In this document: positions 38,741-47,937 of the stretch, one piece after another
How the letters are laid out: the number at the start of each line of letters is the position of its first letter
Position numbering within the stretch: the first letter of the stretch is position 1
DNA from: an uncultured SAR86 cluster bacterium
GTDB lineage: Bacteria > Pseudomonadota > Gammaproteobacteria > Magnimaribacterales > D2472
Direction: 5' to 3'
Assembly: GCA_902594515.1 (NCBI GenBank)
Contig: CACJML010000003.1
Span: 96,989 to 160,988 of the forward strand
DNA: 64,000 nt
Notes under the pieces: model-generated
The model's input: the letters and a program-made list of their open reading frames with translations, nothing else
What the model was told of the DNA's origin: nothing
The model's database searches: none
Made by a program: the position numbers and the translations under genes

Positions 38741-41041
38741 ATGAAATCAACAAGTCATCTTAAAAGTATTAAGTATTTCGCACTTCTTTTTGGTTGCATT
38801 GGTCTTAGTGCACAAGATAGCTTTATAGAAGAAGTATTTGTAACTGCCGAAAAGAGAAGTGAAAGCTTGCAAGATATATCACAGGCAGTGACGGCAATAA
38901 GCGATGAGGATATAGAAAATAAAAACATTACCTCTTTTGTAGATCTAAGTGCAATTGTTCCTGGAGTAACTGTTGCAAAGAATGAAGGTTACAAGACCGT
39001 AATTTCTATAAGAGGTGTTGGAAATGAAACCAATCAAAATGCGATTGCAGCTCCTTCAGTTGCTTTCCACATGGACGGTATTTTTATAGCTTCTCCCTTT
39101 TCATTACAAACTGATTTTATTGATGTAGAAAGAATTGAGGTCTTAAGAGGCCCTCAAGGAACACTCTTCGGACAGAATTCAACTGGGGGAGTGATAAATG
39201 TAATCAGCAAAAAACCATCCATGGAAGGATATTTAGGGAAATCTGATATCACTTTTGGAAATTATGGCCTAACAAAATTTCGCTCATCTAATAATATCGT
39301 TTTAGGTAGTTCAACTGCTGCCAGATTTTCAATTTCCACTACAGAAAGAGATGGTTTTAGTGAAAATCTAGTAACTGGACAAGATCTAGATGATGATAGT
39401 AACTTGAGCCTTCGTGCGGATTTCCTTACAGAGTTTGGAAATAGTTCTTCGTTAAGATTTTTTGGTCAGTTTTTTGAAGTAGATAGAAATGGTTCTGCAA
39501 TGAAAGGTATTGATGATCCTTCACCAGACCCAAGGGACTTATCTCAAGACTCTATCTCAAATCATGAGCTAACTTCAAAGATCTTTGCTGCAATTTATGA
39601 ATCTGATCTTGGTTATGCAAATTTAAAAATTATGGCGAGCATGCAAGAGGATGACATTTCAGTAACCAGAGATAATGATCGTCACAATTTCGGTGATCCC
39701 GTTTTAGCAATTCCTGGACTAGGAGACGGAGCAACTTATCAGAGAGCTGAGTTTCGCCCTGAAACCTCTTTAGTCGATACAACAACCTTTGAAATTAATT
39801 TAGTTTCTAATGAGCCAGCTATGGGTGGAAAGCTTGATTGGACTATTGGTGCTTTCTATATGGATCATGAGATTGAAAATCATATTCGAGGATATAGAGA
39901 TAATGATTTAGACGGAGAATTACAATATGTTTGTGGTGAGCCTTTTGCAAGAAATGATTACTGTTTTACAGTTGGTGGTCCGGATCCCTGGTTTTTCTTT
40001 GAATTTGACTTTGTAAGTGATGCTTTCCCAAAAAGAGAGTCATTCTCAGTTTATGGAGAAACTACCTACAGCATTTCTGACGAATTTCGTATTCTTAGTG
40101 GGCTTCGCTATTCTGATGATGAGGTCGAAAGTTGTGTTAAAAATTTCTTCACAACTGTATGTGACAACTTAAGTGGTAGTTCTGATAAGACAACTGGAAA
40201 AATAGCTGCTGAATTTGATCTTGATGATGATACTTTGGCATATCTTGCTTTCTCGGCTGGCTTCAAACCAGGTGGAACAAATCTTACATATGGCTTTGCT
40301 GATGATAATGCGCCCCCAATGGTTTTCCCGAATTTTGCGGCTGAAACAGTAGAGTCCATGGAATTTGGTTTAAAAACAGACTTATATGATGGCAGGGCAA
40401 GAGCAAATATTGCAATCTTTTCATATGATTATGAAAATCTTCAATTCCAAGCGACAGATCCTGATCCATACCGAGGTGGTGTTGCAAACATTCCAGAATC
40501 AGAAATGTCAGGTTTAGAGATTGAATTTACTGGCTTAATTTCTGATTCGCTAACTTTAGACATGAATCTAGCATTTCTTGATTCAGAAGTATCCTCTGAT
40601 TATGAAGCACTAGATAATGTTGATGCATACCAGTACTTCTTTGGTGAAGAAGATTTGAGATATGGTCTAAGAAAAAATATTAAAGGTAATGAACTTGCAA
40701 AAACTCCTGAATTTACAGCTGACATAACAATGACATACGAAACTGTATTATCTTCAGGAACAATGTTTACTGGAATACTTCAATATGTTGAAAGAGGTGA
40801 ATTCCAACAACGTGTAAATAACAATCCGATAGTAGATGCTATTGATGCTTATGACATTTTGAACCTAACTGCGAGCTTTGATTTTGTTGGCGATAAATGG
40901 GGACTAGATTTTATGATCTTGAATGCGACTGATGAAGATGGAGTTAATTCCAGTATGACAGACGTGTTTGGAGTTGCAGCCACCGGTTTAGAATTAATTC
41001 CACCAAGACAATATATGCTTAGATTGAGCATGAACTATTAA
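38741..41041 (+). CDS. TonB-dependent outer-membrane receptor
   Basis: Signal peptide; TonB box EEVFVTAEKR; plug motif ERIEVLRGPQGTLFGQNSTGGVINV; barrel ending PPRQYMLRLSMNY. Confidence 0.95.
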   Translation: MKSTSHLKSIKYFALLFGCIGLSAQDSFIEEVFVTAEKRSESLQDISQAVTAISDEDIENKNITSFVDLSAIVPGVTVAKNEGYKTVISIRGVGNETNQNAIAAPSVAFHMDGIFIASPFSLQTDFIDVERIEVLRGPQGTLFGQNSTGGVINVISKKPSMEGYLGKSDITFGNYGLTKFRSSNNIVLGSSTAARFSISTTERDGFSENLVTGQDLDDDSNLSLRADFLTEFGNSSSLRFFGQFFEVDRNGSAMKGIDDPSPDPRDLSQDSISNHELTSKIFAAIYESDLGYANLKIMASMQEDDISVTRDNDRHNFGDPVLAIPGLGDGATYQRAEFRPETSLVDTTTFEINLVSNEPAMGGKLDWTIGAFYMDHEIENHIRGYRDNDLDGELQYVCGEPFARNDYCFTVGGPDPWFFFEFDFVSDAFPKRESFSVYGETTYSISDEFRILSGLRYSDDEVESCVKNFFTTVCDNLSGSSDKTTGKIAAEFDLDDDTLAYLAFSAGFKPGGTNLTYGFADDNAPPMVFPNFAAETVESMEFGLKTDLYDGRARANIAIFSYDYENLQFQATDPDPYRGGVANIPESEMSGLEIEFTGLISDSLTLDMNLAFLDSEVSSDYEALDNVDAYQYFFGEEDLRYGLRKNIKGNELAKTPEFTADITMTYETVLSSGTMFTGILQYVERGEFQQRVNNNPIVDAIDAYDILNLTASFDFVGDKWGLDFMILNATDEDGVNSSMTDVFGVAATGLELIPPRQYMLRLSMNY

Positions 41042-41083
41042 AAAGTTATTCAGCTCTTCTCTTAAAATTCGTGGTTATCAATA

Positions 41084-41089
41084 TATAAT
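41084..41089 (+). promoter_or_regulatory. Consensus -10 box just upstream of the PRTase start (candidate leaderless promoter)
   Basis: TATAAT with 5 nt before ATG 41095; no SD. Confidence 0.45.
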
Positions 41090-41094
41090 TAGCC

Positions 41095-41661
41095 ATGGAA
41101 AAGCATTTTATTAGAGCCGAAGATCTTATTCAGGACTCTTTCAACCTCGCTTTGCAAGTCTATGAGGATGGCTACAGGCCCAACTACATAATTGGTGTTT
41201 GGAGAGGCGGAGCGCCAATAGGAATTGCTGTTCAAGAACTTTTTAGTGTTCTAGGCGTTACTTCTGATCACATTGCCATCAGAACGTCTCATTATAAAGC
41301 TATCAATCAAAGAGAAACTGAAGTTCAAGTATATGGACTTAACTACATCATTAAGCAAGTGGAATCCGAAGATTCACTCCTTATAGTTGATGATGTCCAT
41401 GACACCGGCATATCTATTGAAAAGATAATTTCCGACCTTAAGTTCGCTTGTAAAAAAAATACACCTGAAATAAGAGTAGCTACACCATATTTCAAGCCAA
41501 CAAAAAATAAAACTAAAAGAAAACCAGATTACTACCTTCATGAAACTGATAAATGGTTAGTATTCCCACACGAACTTGAGGGCCTTTCATTAGAGGAAAT
41601 AGGAGATAATAAACCCGAAGTCTCAAAACTGATTAATAAGTTATCAAAGCTTATAAAATGA
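41095..41661 (+). CDS. Purine (hypoxanthine/xanthine-guanine) phosphoribosyltransferase
   Basis: [12 protein letters not shown]-binding [28 protein letters not shown]; overlaps the guaA start. Confidence 0.88.
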   Translation: MEKHFIRAEDLIQDSFNLALQVYEDGYRPNYIIGVWRGGAPIGIAVQELFSVLGVTSDHIAIRTSHYKAINQRETEVQVYGLNYIIKQVESEDSLLIVDDVHDTGISIEKIISDLKFACKKNTPEIRVATPYFKPTKNKTKRKPDYYLHETDKWLVFPHELEGLSLEEIGDNKPEVSKLINKLSKLIK

Positions 41662-43238
41662 GTAGTAATATTTCTTTATCAAAAACAGATCTTGATACTA
41701 TTTTAGTTTTAGATTTTGGATCTCAATATACTCAATTAATAGCTAGGCGAGTAAGGGAACTCGGAGTATATTCCGAGATATTTCCTTGGGATATTCCAAC
41801 AGAAAAAATATCCTTACTTAATCCTAAGGGAGTAATTCTTTCTGGTGGCCCAGAATCTGTGACCCAAGAAAATACTCCAAGAATTCCAGAAATTATTTTT
41901 AACTTAGGTATTCCTATTCTGGGTATTTGTTATGGAATGCAGACATTGGCTGAGCAAAATGGAGGCAGTGTAAGCACTGCCTCTACGAAAGAGTTTGGTT
42001 ATGCAGAACTAAAGATTGAGTATCCATCAAAAATCTTTGATGGTCTAGATGTAAGAAATCTAGACGTTTGGATGAGTCACGGAGACCATGTTTCAATCTT
42101 GCCTGATGGTTTTATCTTGAGTGCATCAACTCAATCTGCGCCAATTGCTGCAATGGAGCACAAAGATAAGCCTTATTATGCTCTTCAATTCCATCCTGAA
42201 GTAACACACACAGATAAGGGTCAAAAAATCATAGAAAACTTCATATTAGATATTTGTAAATCTAATAGAAATTGGAAGTTAGATGACTTAATTGAACACA
42301 GAATAAAAGAGATTAAAGCTAAAGTAGGAGATAAAAAAGTTCTTTTGGGATTATCTGGGGGAGTCGATTCATCTGTAACTGCTATGTTGCTAGATAGGGC
42401 AATCGGCAAAAACTTAATTTGTATGTTCGTTGATAACGGACTTTTAAGAAAAAATGAAGTTGATGAGGTGGTAGATCTTTTTAAAAATAAAATTGATCTT
42501 AACCTTGAGGTTGTGGATGCAAAGAAAACATTTTTTAGACATCTTAAAGGTGTAACTGATCCTGAGCAAAAAAGAAAAGTTATTGGAAGGACCTTTATAG
42601 ATGTATTTGATAACGAATCAGTAAATCTGCATACCTCTGATGAGATTAATTTTTTAGCACAAGGAACAATTTATCCTGATGTGATTGAATCATCTGAATC
42701 TGAATCAAAAGAAGCAAGAATTATTAAGTCCCATCATAACGTTGGTGGCTTGCCAGAAGAAATGAAAATGAGCTTGGTTGAGCCGCTTAGGGATCTATTT
42801 AAAGATGAGGTCAGAAAAATGGGTGCCTTATTAGGCTTGCCTGTTGAAATACTTAAAAGACATCCTTTCCCTGGTCCTGGACTTGGGGTAAGAATATTGG
42901 GAGAGATAAATCAAGAAAATATTTCTATACTTCAAGAGGCAGACTCAATTTTTATTGATGAATTAAAAAAAGAAGGTCTTTATGATGAAGTAAGCCAAGC
43001 ATTTTGTGTATACCTGCCAGTCAAATCTGTTGGTGTAGTCGGCGATGAAAGACGTTATGCAGATGTTATAGCTCTAAGGTCTGTAAAAACTGTTGACTTT
43101 ATGACTGCAGAATGGTCAAAACTACCCCTAGAGTTTTTGGGTAGAGTATCAAATAGGATCGTAAATGAATTAGAGGAAGTAAGCAGGGTAGTTTATGACA
43201 TCTCAGGCAAACCACCTGCCACTATTGAGTGGGAGTAA
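41658..43238 (+). CDS. guaA: GMP synthase (glutamine-hydrolysing)
   Basis: [49 protein letters not shown]-terminal KPPATIEWE. Confidence 0.98.
   Translation: MSSNISLSKTDLDTILVLDFGSQYTQLIARRVRELGVYSEIFPWDIPTEKISLLNPKGVILSGGPESVTQENTPRIPEIIFNLGIPILGICYGMQTLAEQNGGSVSTASTKEFGYAELKIEYPSKIFDGLDVRNLDVWMSHGDHVSILPDGFILSASTQSAPIAAMEHKDKPYYALQFHPEVTHTDKGQKIIENFILDICKSNRNWKLDDLIEHRIKEIKAKVGDKKVLLGLSGGVDSSVTAMLLDRAIGKNLICMFVDNGLLRKNEVDEVVDLFKNKIDLNLEVVDAKKTFFRHLKGVTDPEQKRKVIGRTFIDVFDNESVNLHTSDEINFLAQGTIYPDVIESSESESKEARIIKSHHNVGGLPEEMKMSLVEPLRDLFKDEVRKMGALLGLPVEILKRHPFPGPGLGVRILGEINQENISILQEADSIFIDELKKEGLYDEVSQAFCVYLPVKSVGVVGDERRYADVIALRSVKTVDFMTAEWSKLPLEFLGRVSNRIVNELEEVSRVVYDISGKPPATIEWE
43221..43238 (+). 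repeat. att-like direct repeat, copy 1 (guaA 3' end)
   Basis: ACTATTGAGTGGGAGTAA; 17/18 identical to 43792-43809. Confidence 0.85.
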
Positions 43239-43711
43239 TGATGCGTACGCTAAAAATCAGCACCTATTTAGCAGCAGATTTAGAGACGGTTAAGAGTTAT
43301 TTAATGACGCCAGCGCTACTCAATTATGTGGTGGCTGGTTTAATGAAATTCCATCCTATCGAACCAAATTTCTTTCCGTCAAAATGGGTTGAGGGGAAGT
43401 TCTCTGTAAAAATGTTCGCATTTCATTTTTTACCCATCGGAAAACAAATTGTAGGTATAGAATTTCCACAAAAATCCGATCATTGGGTTCTCAGAGATAA
43501 TGGAAGTGGTTCTATAGCAAAAACTTGGGATCATCTAATTTTTTTAGAATCGGAGGGAGGCGGAACTCGATATACAGATGAGGTTTCTATCGATGCTGGT
43601 CTTTTCACATTACCAATCTATATCTACGCATTCATTTTTTACTCCTATAGACAAATGCGATGGCGGAAACTAGTAAATCTCAATTTTAGGGAGTTACAAA
43701 AGCAGAAATGA
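43238..43711 (+). CDS. Hypothetical protein, probable SRPBCC/START-like fold
   Basis: ATG overlaps the guaA stop (TAATG; alternative ATG 43241); WDHLI...GGGTRYTDEV...FYSYRQMRW pattern typical of small SRPBCC-like proteins. Confidence 0.7.
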   Translation: MMRTLKISTYLAADLETVKSYLMTPALLNYVVAGLMKFHPIEPNFFPSKWVEGKFSVKMFAFHFLPIGKQIVGIEFPQKSDHWVLRDNGSGSIAKTWDHLIFLESEGGGTRYTDEVSIDAGLFTLPIYIYAFIFYSYRQMRWRKLVNLNFRELQKQK

Positions 43712-43719
43712 AGAACGAA

Positions 43720-43741
43720 ACTTGTAAACTACTTGTAAACT
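43720..43741 (+). repeat. Perfect tandem 11-bp repeat (ACTTGTAAACT x2), candidate integrase arm-type sites
   Basis: Read directly; about 50 bp from the right att-like repeat. Confidence 0.7.
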
Positions 43742-43791
43742 CAGTTTTGCCCCTCGTAAACCCTTGCTACATAAGGCTTTGTAAAAGTGTA

Positions 43792-43809
43792 ACTATTGAG
43801 TGGGAATAA
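43792..43809 (+). repeat. att-like direct repeat, copy 2
   Basis: ACTATTGAGTGGGAATAA, still encoding TIEWE* like the guaA C-terminus. Confidence 0.85.
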
Positions 43810-43810
43810 A

Positions 43811-44137
43811 ATGGAAGAATCTAATTACAAAGAATGGTCAGTTGATTTTAATGGAAAAATAATCAAAGTATCTAATTGGTGGAATTGGGAGGGGAAGTGT
43901 TCCGCAGATTTATATTTAGATAATGAGCACTTACATCAAAACACAGACATATTAGTAAATCCTAACAAAGCAATGCTTTTTAAAAGTGATGTTTCTGATG
44001 ATATAAAGTCTATTGAAGTTTTTTCAGCAGGGTTTTTCTCAGTCAAATTATCAATAATGGTGAACGGCACTGTGATTCTTCAAGATAAATTAAGTTTACT
44101 TGATAGATTTGCTAAATTATTTTTTTCAAAAAAATGA
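43811..44137 (+). CDS. Hypothetical small beta-rich protein
   Basis: ATG 43811 directly after repeat copy 2 (the track's TTG at 43796 lies inside the repeat); no recognised motif. Confidence 0.7.
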   Translation: MEESNYKEWSVDFNGKIIKVSNWWNWEGKCSADLYLDNEHLHQNTDILVNPNKAMLFKSDVSDDIKSIEVFSAGFFSVKLSIMVNGTVILQDKLSLLDRFAKLFFSKK

Positions 44138-45300
44138 AACAATCAGCCAGATTATCCTTTTACTCGGAGCTAGCTTTTGGCTTTGTTATTTTGCTTTATA
44201 CACTAGCAAACTTCTTATTAATTTTAGAGTTACCCTCAAATTTGATTGTCGGTTTAGCTGTGTTGCTATCAATTTCATTAATTATTCTAAACACACTTTA
44301 TAAAGGAGATTTTTATTTAAACTACATTGAAAAAAAAGCAGATCTTGTTTTGCTTGTCTCACTTCCATTAATTTTTTTATTTTTTAATCAGAACTTCGAA
44401 TCAGAATTTCTTGGTTTTATGTTAGTTGCGTCATTAAGTTATCTAGCAATATTTAACATGCGTAATTCTGATCTTCTATTATTAATATTTAGATGCATTT
44501 TTTACATTGTTCTTTTGGGAGTTTTGCTAGGCATCATTGAATACTATTTCTTTGAATCAAGTTATTTTAACGATACTGTTGAATTTTACCCATATAGCGC
44601 GAGTGGAACAAAGATTAGCTTTAGTGGCTTTATGTATAACTACAACTCAGTAACCTACTTTGTGATTTGCTATATGGCGCTTCTTTCTTTTCAGAATTCA
44701 GATATTAGAGACTATTTTTTACCGATAGTAATTTTATTTTTAATGTTTTCAAAGTTACTGATATTGTTTTTACTTCTTATCGTTTTAATTAAATTTTTCA
44801 AAGGAAAAGCAAGAATAGCTCTAAGCTTATTTGCAATAATGTCTTATTTAATTTTGTCGAATGTTGTAATTGTTGAGGAGGGGACTTACCCATATCCGTC
44901 TATGTATTTTAGAGAAATATTGACCTCATATATGAGTTGGGATTTAGTATTAAGCCTTCATGGGTGGTTAAAACAACAAGGTCTTCAAGAACTGCTAGTC
45001 GGAGCATCAAATTTTATTGAATTTGAAAATAAATATAGTTATCAGCCACACTCGTCATTAATATCATTTGGTTTATTGGGCGGTATTTATTTTCTTTTTT
45101 TATTTGTTGGGAACTTAATAATAGTTTCATTAAGAATCTTAAATCAGATAGATATTTCAGATGCCCCGATTTTATATGCAGCATTTTTAGCATTTTTGAT
45201 TGAATTAATTAATTGGGATTTTTATGATTCTTTCTATTTTTGGATAGTTTTTTTTATATGCTGCAAGAACTTGGTAAAAATTAAATCCAATAATAATTAG
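44134..45300 (+). CDS. O-antigen ligase/polymerase-like membrane protein
   Basis: About 11 hydrophobic segments and a Wzy_C-like PHSSLISFGLLGG motif near the C-terminus. Confidence 0.6.
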   Translation: MKQSARLSFYSELAFGFVILLYTLANFLLILELPSNLIVGLAVLLSISLIILNTLYKGDFYLNYIEKKADLVLLVSLPLIFLFFNQNFESEFLGFMLVASLSYLAIFNMRNSDLLLLIFRCIFYIVLLGVLLGIIEYYFFESSYFNDTVEFYPYSASGTKISFSGFMYNYNSVTYFVICYMALLSFQNSDIRDYFLPIVILFLMFSKLLILFLLLIVLIKFFKGKARIALSLFAIMSYLILSNVVIVEEGTYPYPSMYFREILTSYMSWDLVLSLHGWLKQQGLQELLVGASNFIEFENKYSYQPHSSLISFGLLGGIYFLFLFVGNLIIVSLRILNQIDISDAPILYAAFLAFLIELINWDFYDSFYFWIVFFICCKNLVKIKSNNN

Positions 45301-45438
45301 TTTTGCAGATCATGATATTATTTAATGAGTAAAAGTATTAATAACATAGAATAGTCAATGTCTTGATCTATAGTCGTTTATTTCCTATCAAGACAGAGAA
45401 GCCTATTTTTTTTGTTGCGATTTATTTGATTTTTAAAA

Positions 45439-46287
45439 GTGAAAATATTTATTTGTACCAACGAAAATCAACTAATTGCAGCACAAGTATCTAAGAACTC
45501 AATCCTAAAACGCTCTAGTGTTTCAGAAAAAGATATCAGTATTGTAATGGAGTCCGAAGTTGCTGAACTAAGTAATTTTCACTCAAAACCATACCTAAGG
45601 GACGGGAGGAAAATTAATCCTGATATAAATGATATGCAATCTTTTACTCTATTAAGATTTCTAATACCGGAGTTAATGAACTATGAGGGAAAGGCGCTTG
45701 TGCTTGATCCAGATATTTTTCTAGTGAAGAATGGTCTAGAAAAACTTGAACATTTAAACTTTGGTAATTCCGCAATATTTGCTCGAAAGGGTTTAAAGAA
45801 AGATTCATGGGGATCAAGTGTCCTCTTTCTATCATGCGATAAGCTCAAACATTGGTCACTTAGATCACTTATTAATGAGCTTCATCAATGCAAAATAGAT
45901 TACAGTGACCTAATTAATCTCAGATATGAAAATTCAGTTAGTCCATTGGAAACAAAGTGGAATGAATTTGATGAGATAAGAAAAGATACCATACTTCTTC
46001 ATACAACTGAGAGACTTACACAACCATGGAGAGCTGGATTGAAACTTAATTCATCAATAGAACCAATACTTAAATTTATTCCCAGGGCACCGATTTATAA
46101 GTTTTTTGGGAAAGATCTAACTGTCGGGCGAGAACATCCAAGCAAGGACGTAACAAAATTTTTTTTCAAGGAGTTATCTGAATGTATTTCAAAAGGAATT
46201 ATTAAAATGCATGATATTGACAAAGCCATTGCAAAAAATTTTTTAAGACATGACTTGAAAGATCAACTGAAAAATTTTTCTAATTAG
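45439..46287 (+). CDS. GT-A fold glycosyltransferase (GT8-like)
   Basis: FTLLRFLIPELMNYEGKALVLDPD (DxD), SSVLFL, WNEFD, LLHTT...QPW; GTG start. Confidence 0.75.
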   Translation: MKIFICTNENQLIAAQVSKNSILKRSSVSEKDISIVMESEVAELSNFHSKPYLRDGRKINPDINDMQSFTLLRFLIPELMNYEGKALVLDPDIFLVKNGLEKLEHLNFGNSAIFARKGLKKDSWGSSVLFLSCDKLKHWSLRSLINELHQCKIDYSDLINLRYENSVSPLETKWNEFDEIRKDTILLHTTERLTQPWRAGLKLNSSIEPILKFIPRAPIYKFFGKDLTVGREHPSKDVTKFFFKELSECISKGIIKMHDIDKAIAKNFLRHDLKDQLKNFSN

Positions 46288-46306
46288 TTTATAGGGGTGA
46301 TTAGTT

Positions 46307-47854
46307 ATTAAGAAATCTTATAAAATTGCAATAGTATCTCAAGCTTTACATCATCTCGAAAAAAGTCTTTTTTTAAAAGAAAATTTTTTTCAAAATGCAG
46401 TTATTCTTAATTTTCATCAAAATAAAGACAAGCTTAAATCTTTGCAGGATGATTTTGAAAGTAATTTAATTGAGCACTATCGAAATTTTGATCAACTTGA
46501 CTTTAGGCGTTTTAGAGAAGTAGAAATATTTATATTTTTTTCCTTCTCTCCTACTTTTCCTCTTTTAAAAATATATAAAAAAATAAAGGAAAGTAATAAA
46601 AAAATTATCTTAATTCAGGATAATCATCAGTTTTCAGTACATAAAGGCTCTGTAAATTCAATTATTTTGCGCCCAGACCTAGTAATTACAGCATCTGATT
46701 CAGAAAGAAAATATCTTATAGAAAACTTGGGCCTTCGTAACAATTGTATTTCGTCTCAAGGATGGTTATTTCAGAATAATAAAAGTATCTCCAATGAAAA
46801 ACCTATAAGTTTAAATAAAAAAATATTGATAGCTTTTGCCGCACCACCTTCTATTACCCCTCTTTCAGAGGAGACGTACTTGTTAAGGAAAGAGATTATT
46901 CTTTGGGTAACTAAAAATTTTCCTACATGTAATTTATTGATAAAGCTTCATCCCCATGAGGATCAAGGCAGCTTTAGAAAATTTATTAAGAGATATACCT
47001 TGAACCACATATTGCTTTCATCACAAAGCTCTATAAAAGAAGCAATCTCAGGTTCTGAAATAGTTATTTGTTCAAATGAATCTCAAATAGCACTTGATGT
47101 AATTTCAACTGATATAAGCAAAAGATTAATCATTTACCGTTTTAAAAAGAATAATTTCTTGTCAAATGAAATATCAGCTGAGCCAAAGTCTCTATTTAAA
47201 AATTCTGATTTTGAAATTTCTGAATTAGGAATTCAAGAAAAAAATAATATTGCCGAGAATTATTTAAGTCTTGACCATAGCGCTGAAGATATTATTAAAG
47301 ACAGGTTAGATAAGCTTTATCTTCAAGAAAATAATATGCATGCAAATGTTGATATTTTTCTATGGTTATTTATTTATGGCAAAAATAATGATCTTATTAA
47401 TTTTTTGCAATCCAATAAATCAGATAATTATAGAAATCTACATAATCTAATTCTGAATAAAAGCTTTAATTTAGAGCAATTGAATGATGATTTTCAGGAT
47501 ACATGGATAAGAGATCCTTTGTGCATAATTTTAATAAGACATTATTTACATAAAAAAGTTATTGATAAAGCGAGTGTTGAGATTATTACCAAAGACTTTT
47601 TTAGTATATATATTTTCCAATTCTTCTTTAGAGATTTTATTAGATTTTATAACTTAATAAATGCAAAAGGACTTTCGCGATTATTTGAAAAAAAATACCA
47701 TAATCTTGTAAATAAAATTGAAGACCTATATATCAATAAGTTCAGACCTTTTAGAATATTTTTTTCAGTACTAAAAATAATATATTCACTAAAGATAAAA
47801 ATCTTATCTGCATTTATCTTTAGACTTTCTGACGCAATTCTAAGATTTAAGTAA
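46307..47854 (+). CDS. Capsule/glycan-associated GT-B-like protein; probable ATT start
   Basis: Frame is open from 46301; SD AGGGGTGA ends at 46300 and ATT 46307 gives (M)KKSYKIAIV; LLIKLHPHE and SEIVICSNESQIALD resemble GT-B motifs. Confidence 0.55.
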   Translation: MKKSYKIAIVSQALHHLEKSLFLKENFFQNAVILNFHQNKDKLKSLQDDFESNLIEHYRNFDQLDFRRFREVEIFIFFSFSPTFPLLKIYKKIKESNKKIILIQDNHQFSVHKGSVNSIILRPDLVITASDSERKYLIENLGLRNNCISSQGWLFQNNKSISNEKPISLNKKILIAFAAPPSITPLSEETYLLRKEIILWVTKNFPTCNLLIKLHPHEDQGSFRKFIKRYTLNHILLSSQSSIKEAISGSEIVICSNESQIALDVISTDISKRLIIYRFKKNNFLSNEISAEPKSLFKNSDFEISELGIQEKNNIAENYLSLDHSAEDIIKDRLDKLYLQENNMHANVDIFLWLFIYGKNNDLINFLQSNKSDNYRNLHNLILNKSFNLEQLNDDFQDTWIRDPLCIILIRHYLHKKVIDKASVEIITKDFFSIYIFQFFFRDFIRFYNLINAKGLSRLFEKKYHNLVNKIEDLYINKFRPFRIFFSVLKIIYSLKIKILSAFIFRLSDAILRFK

Positions 47855-47937
47855 AAAAGAACTAAAGATATAATTAATTAATTTAGATTATGGCTTTAAT
47901 ATGATCAGAGGATATTTATAACCTAAATTTGTATTTT

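Larger units (their letters stand above)
43221..43809 (+). mobile_element. Minimal guaA-integrated cassette or island remnant without integrase
   Basis: One ORF bracketed by 18-bp direct repeats of the guaA 3' end, plus tandem 11-bp repeats and an imperfect inverted repeat before the right copy. Confidence 0.7.
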
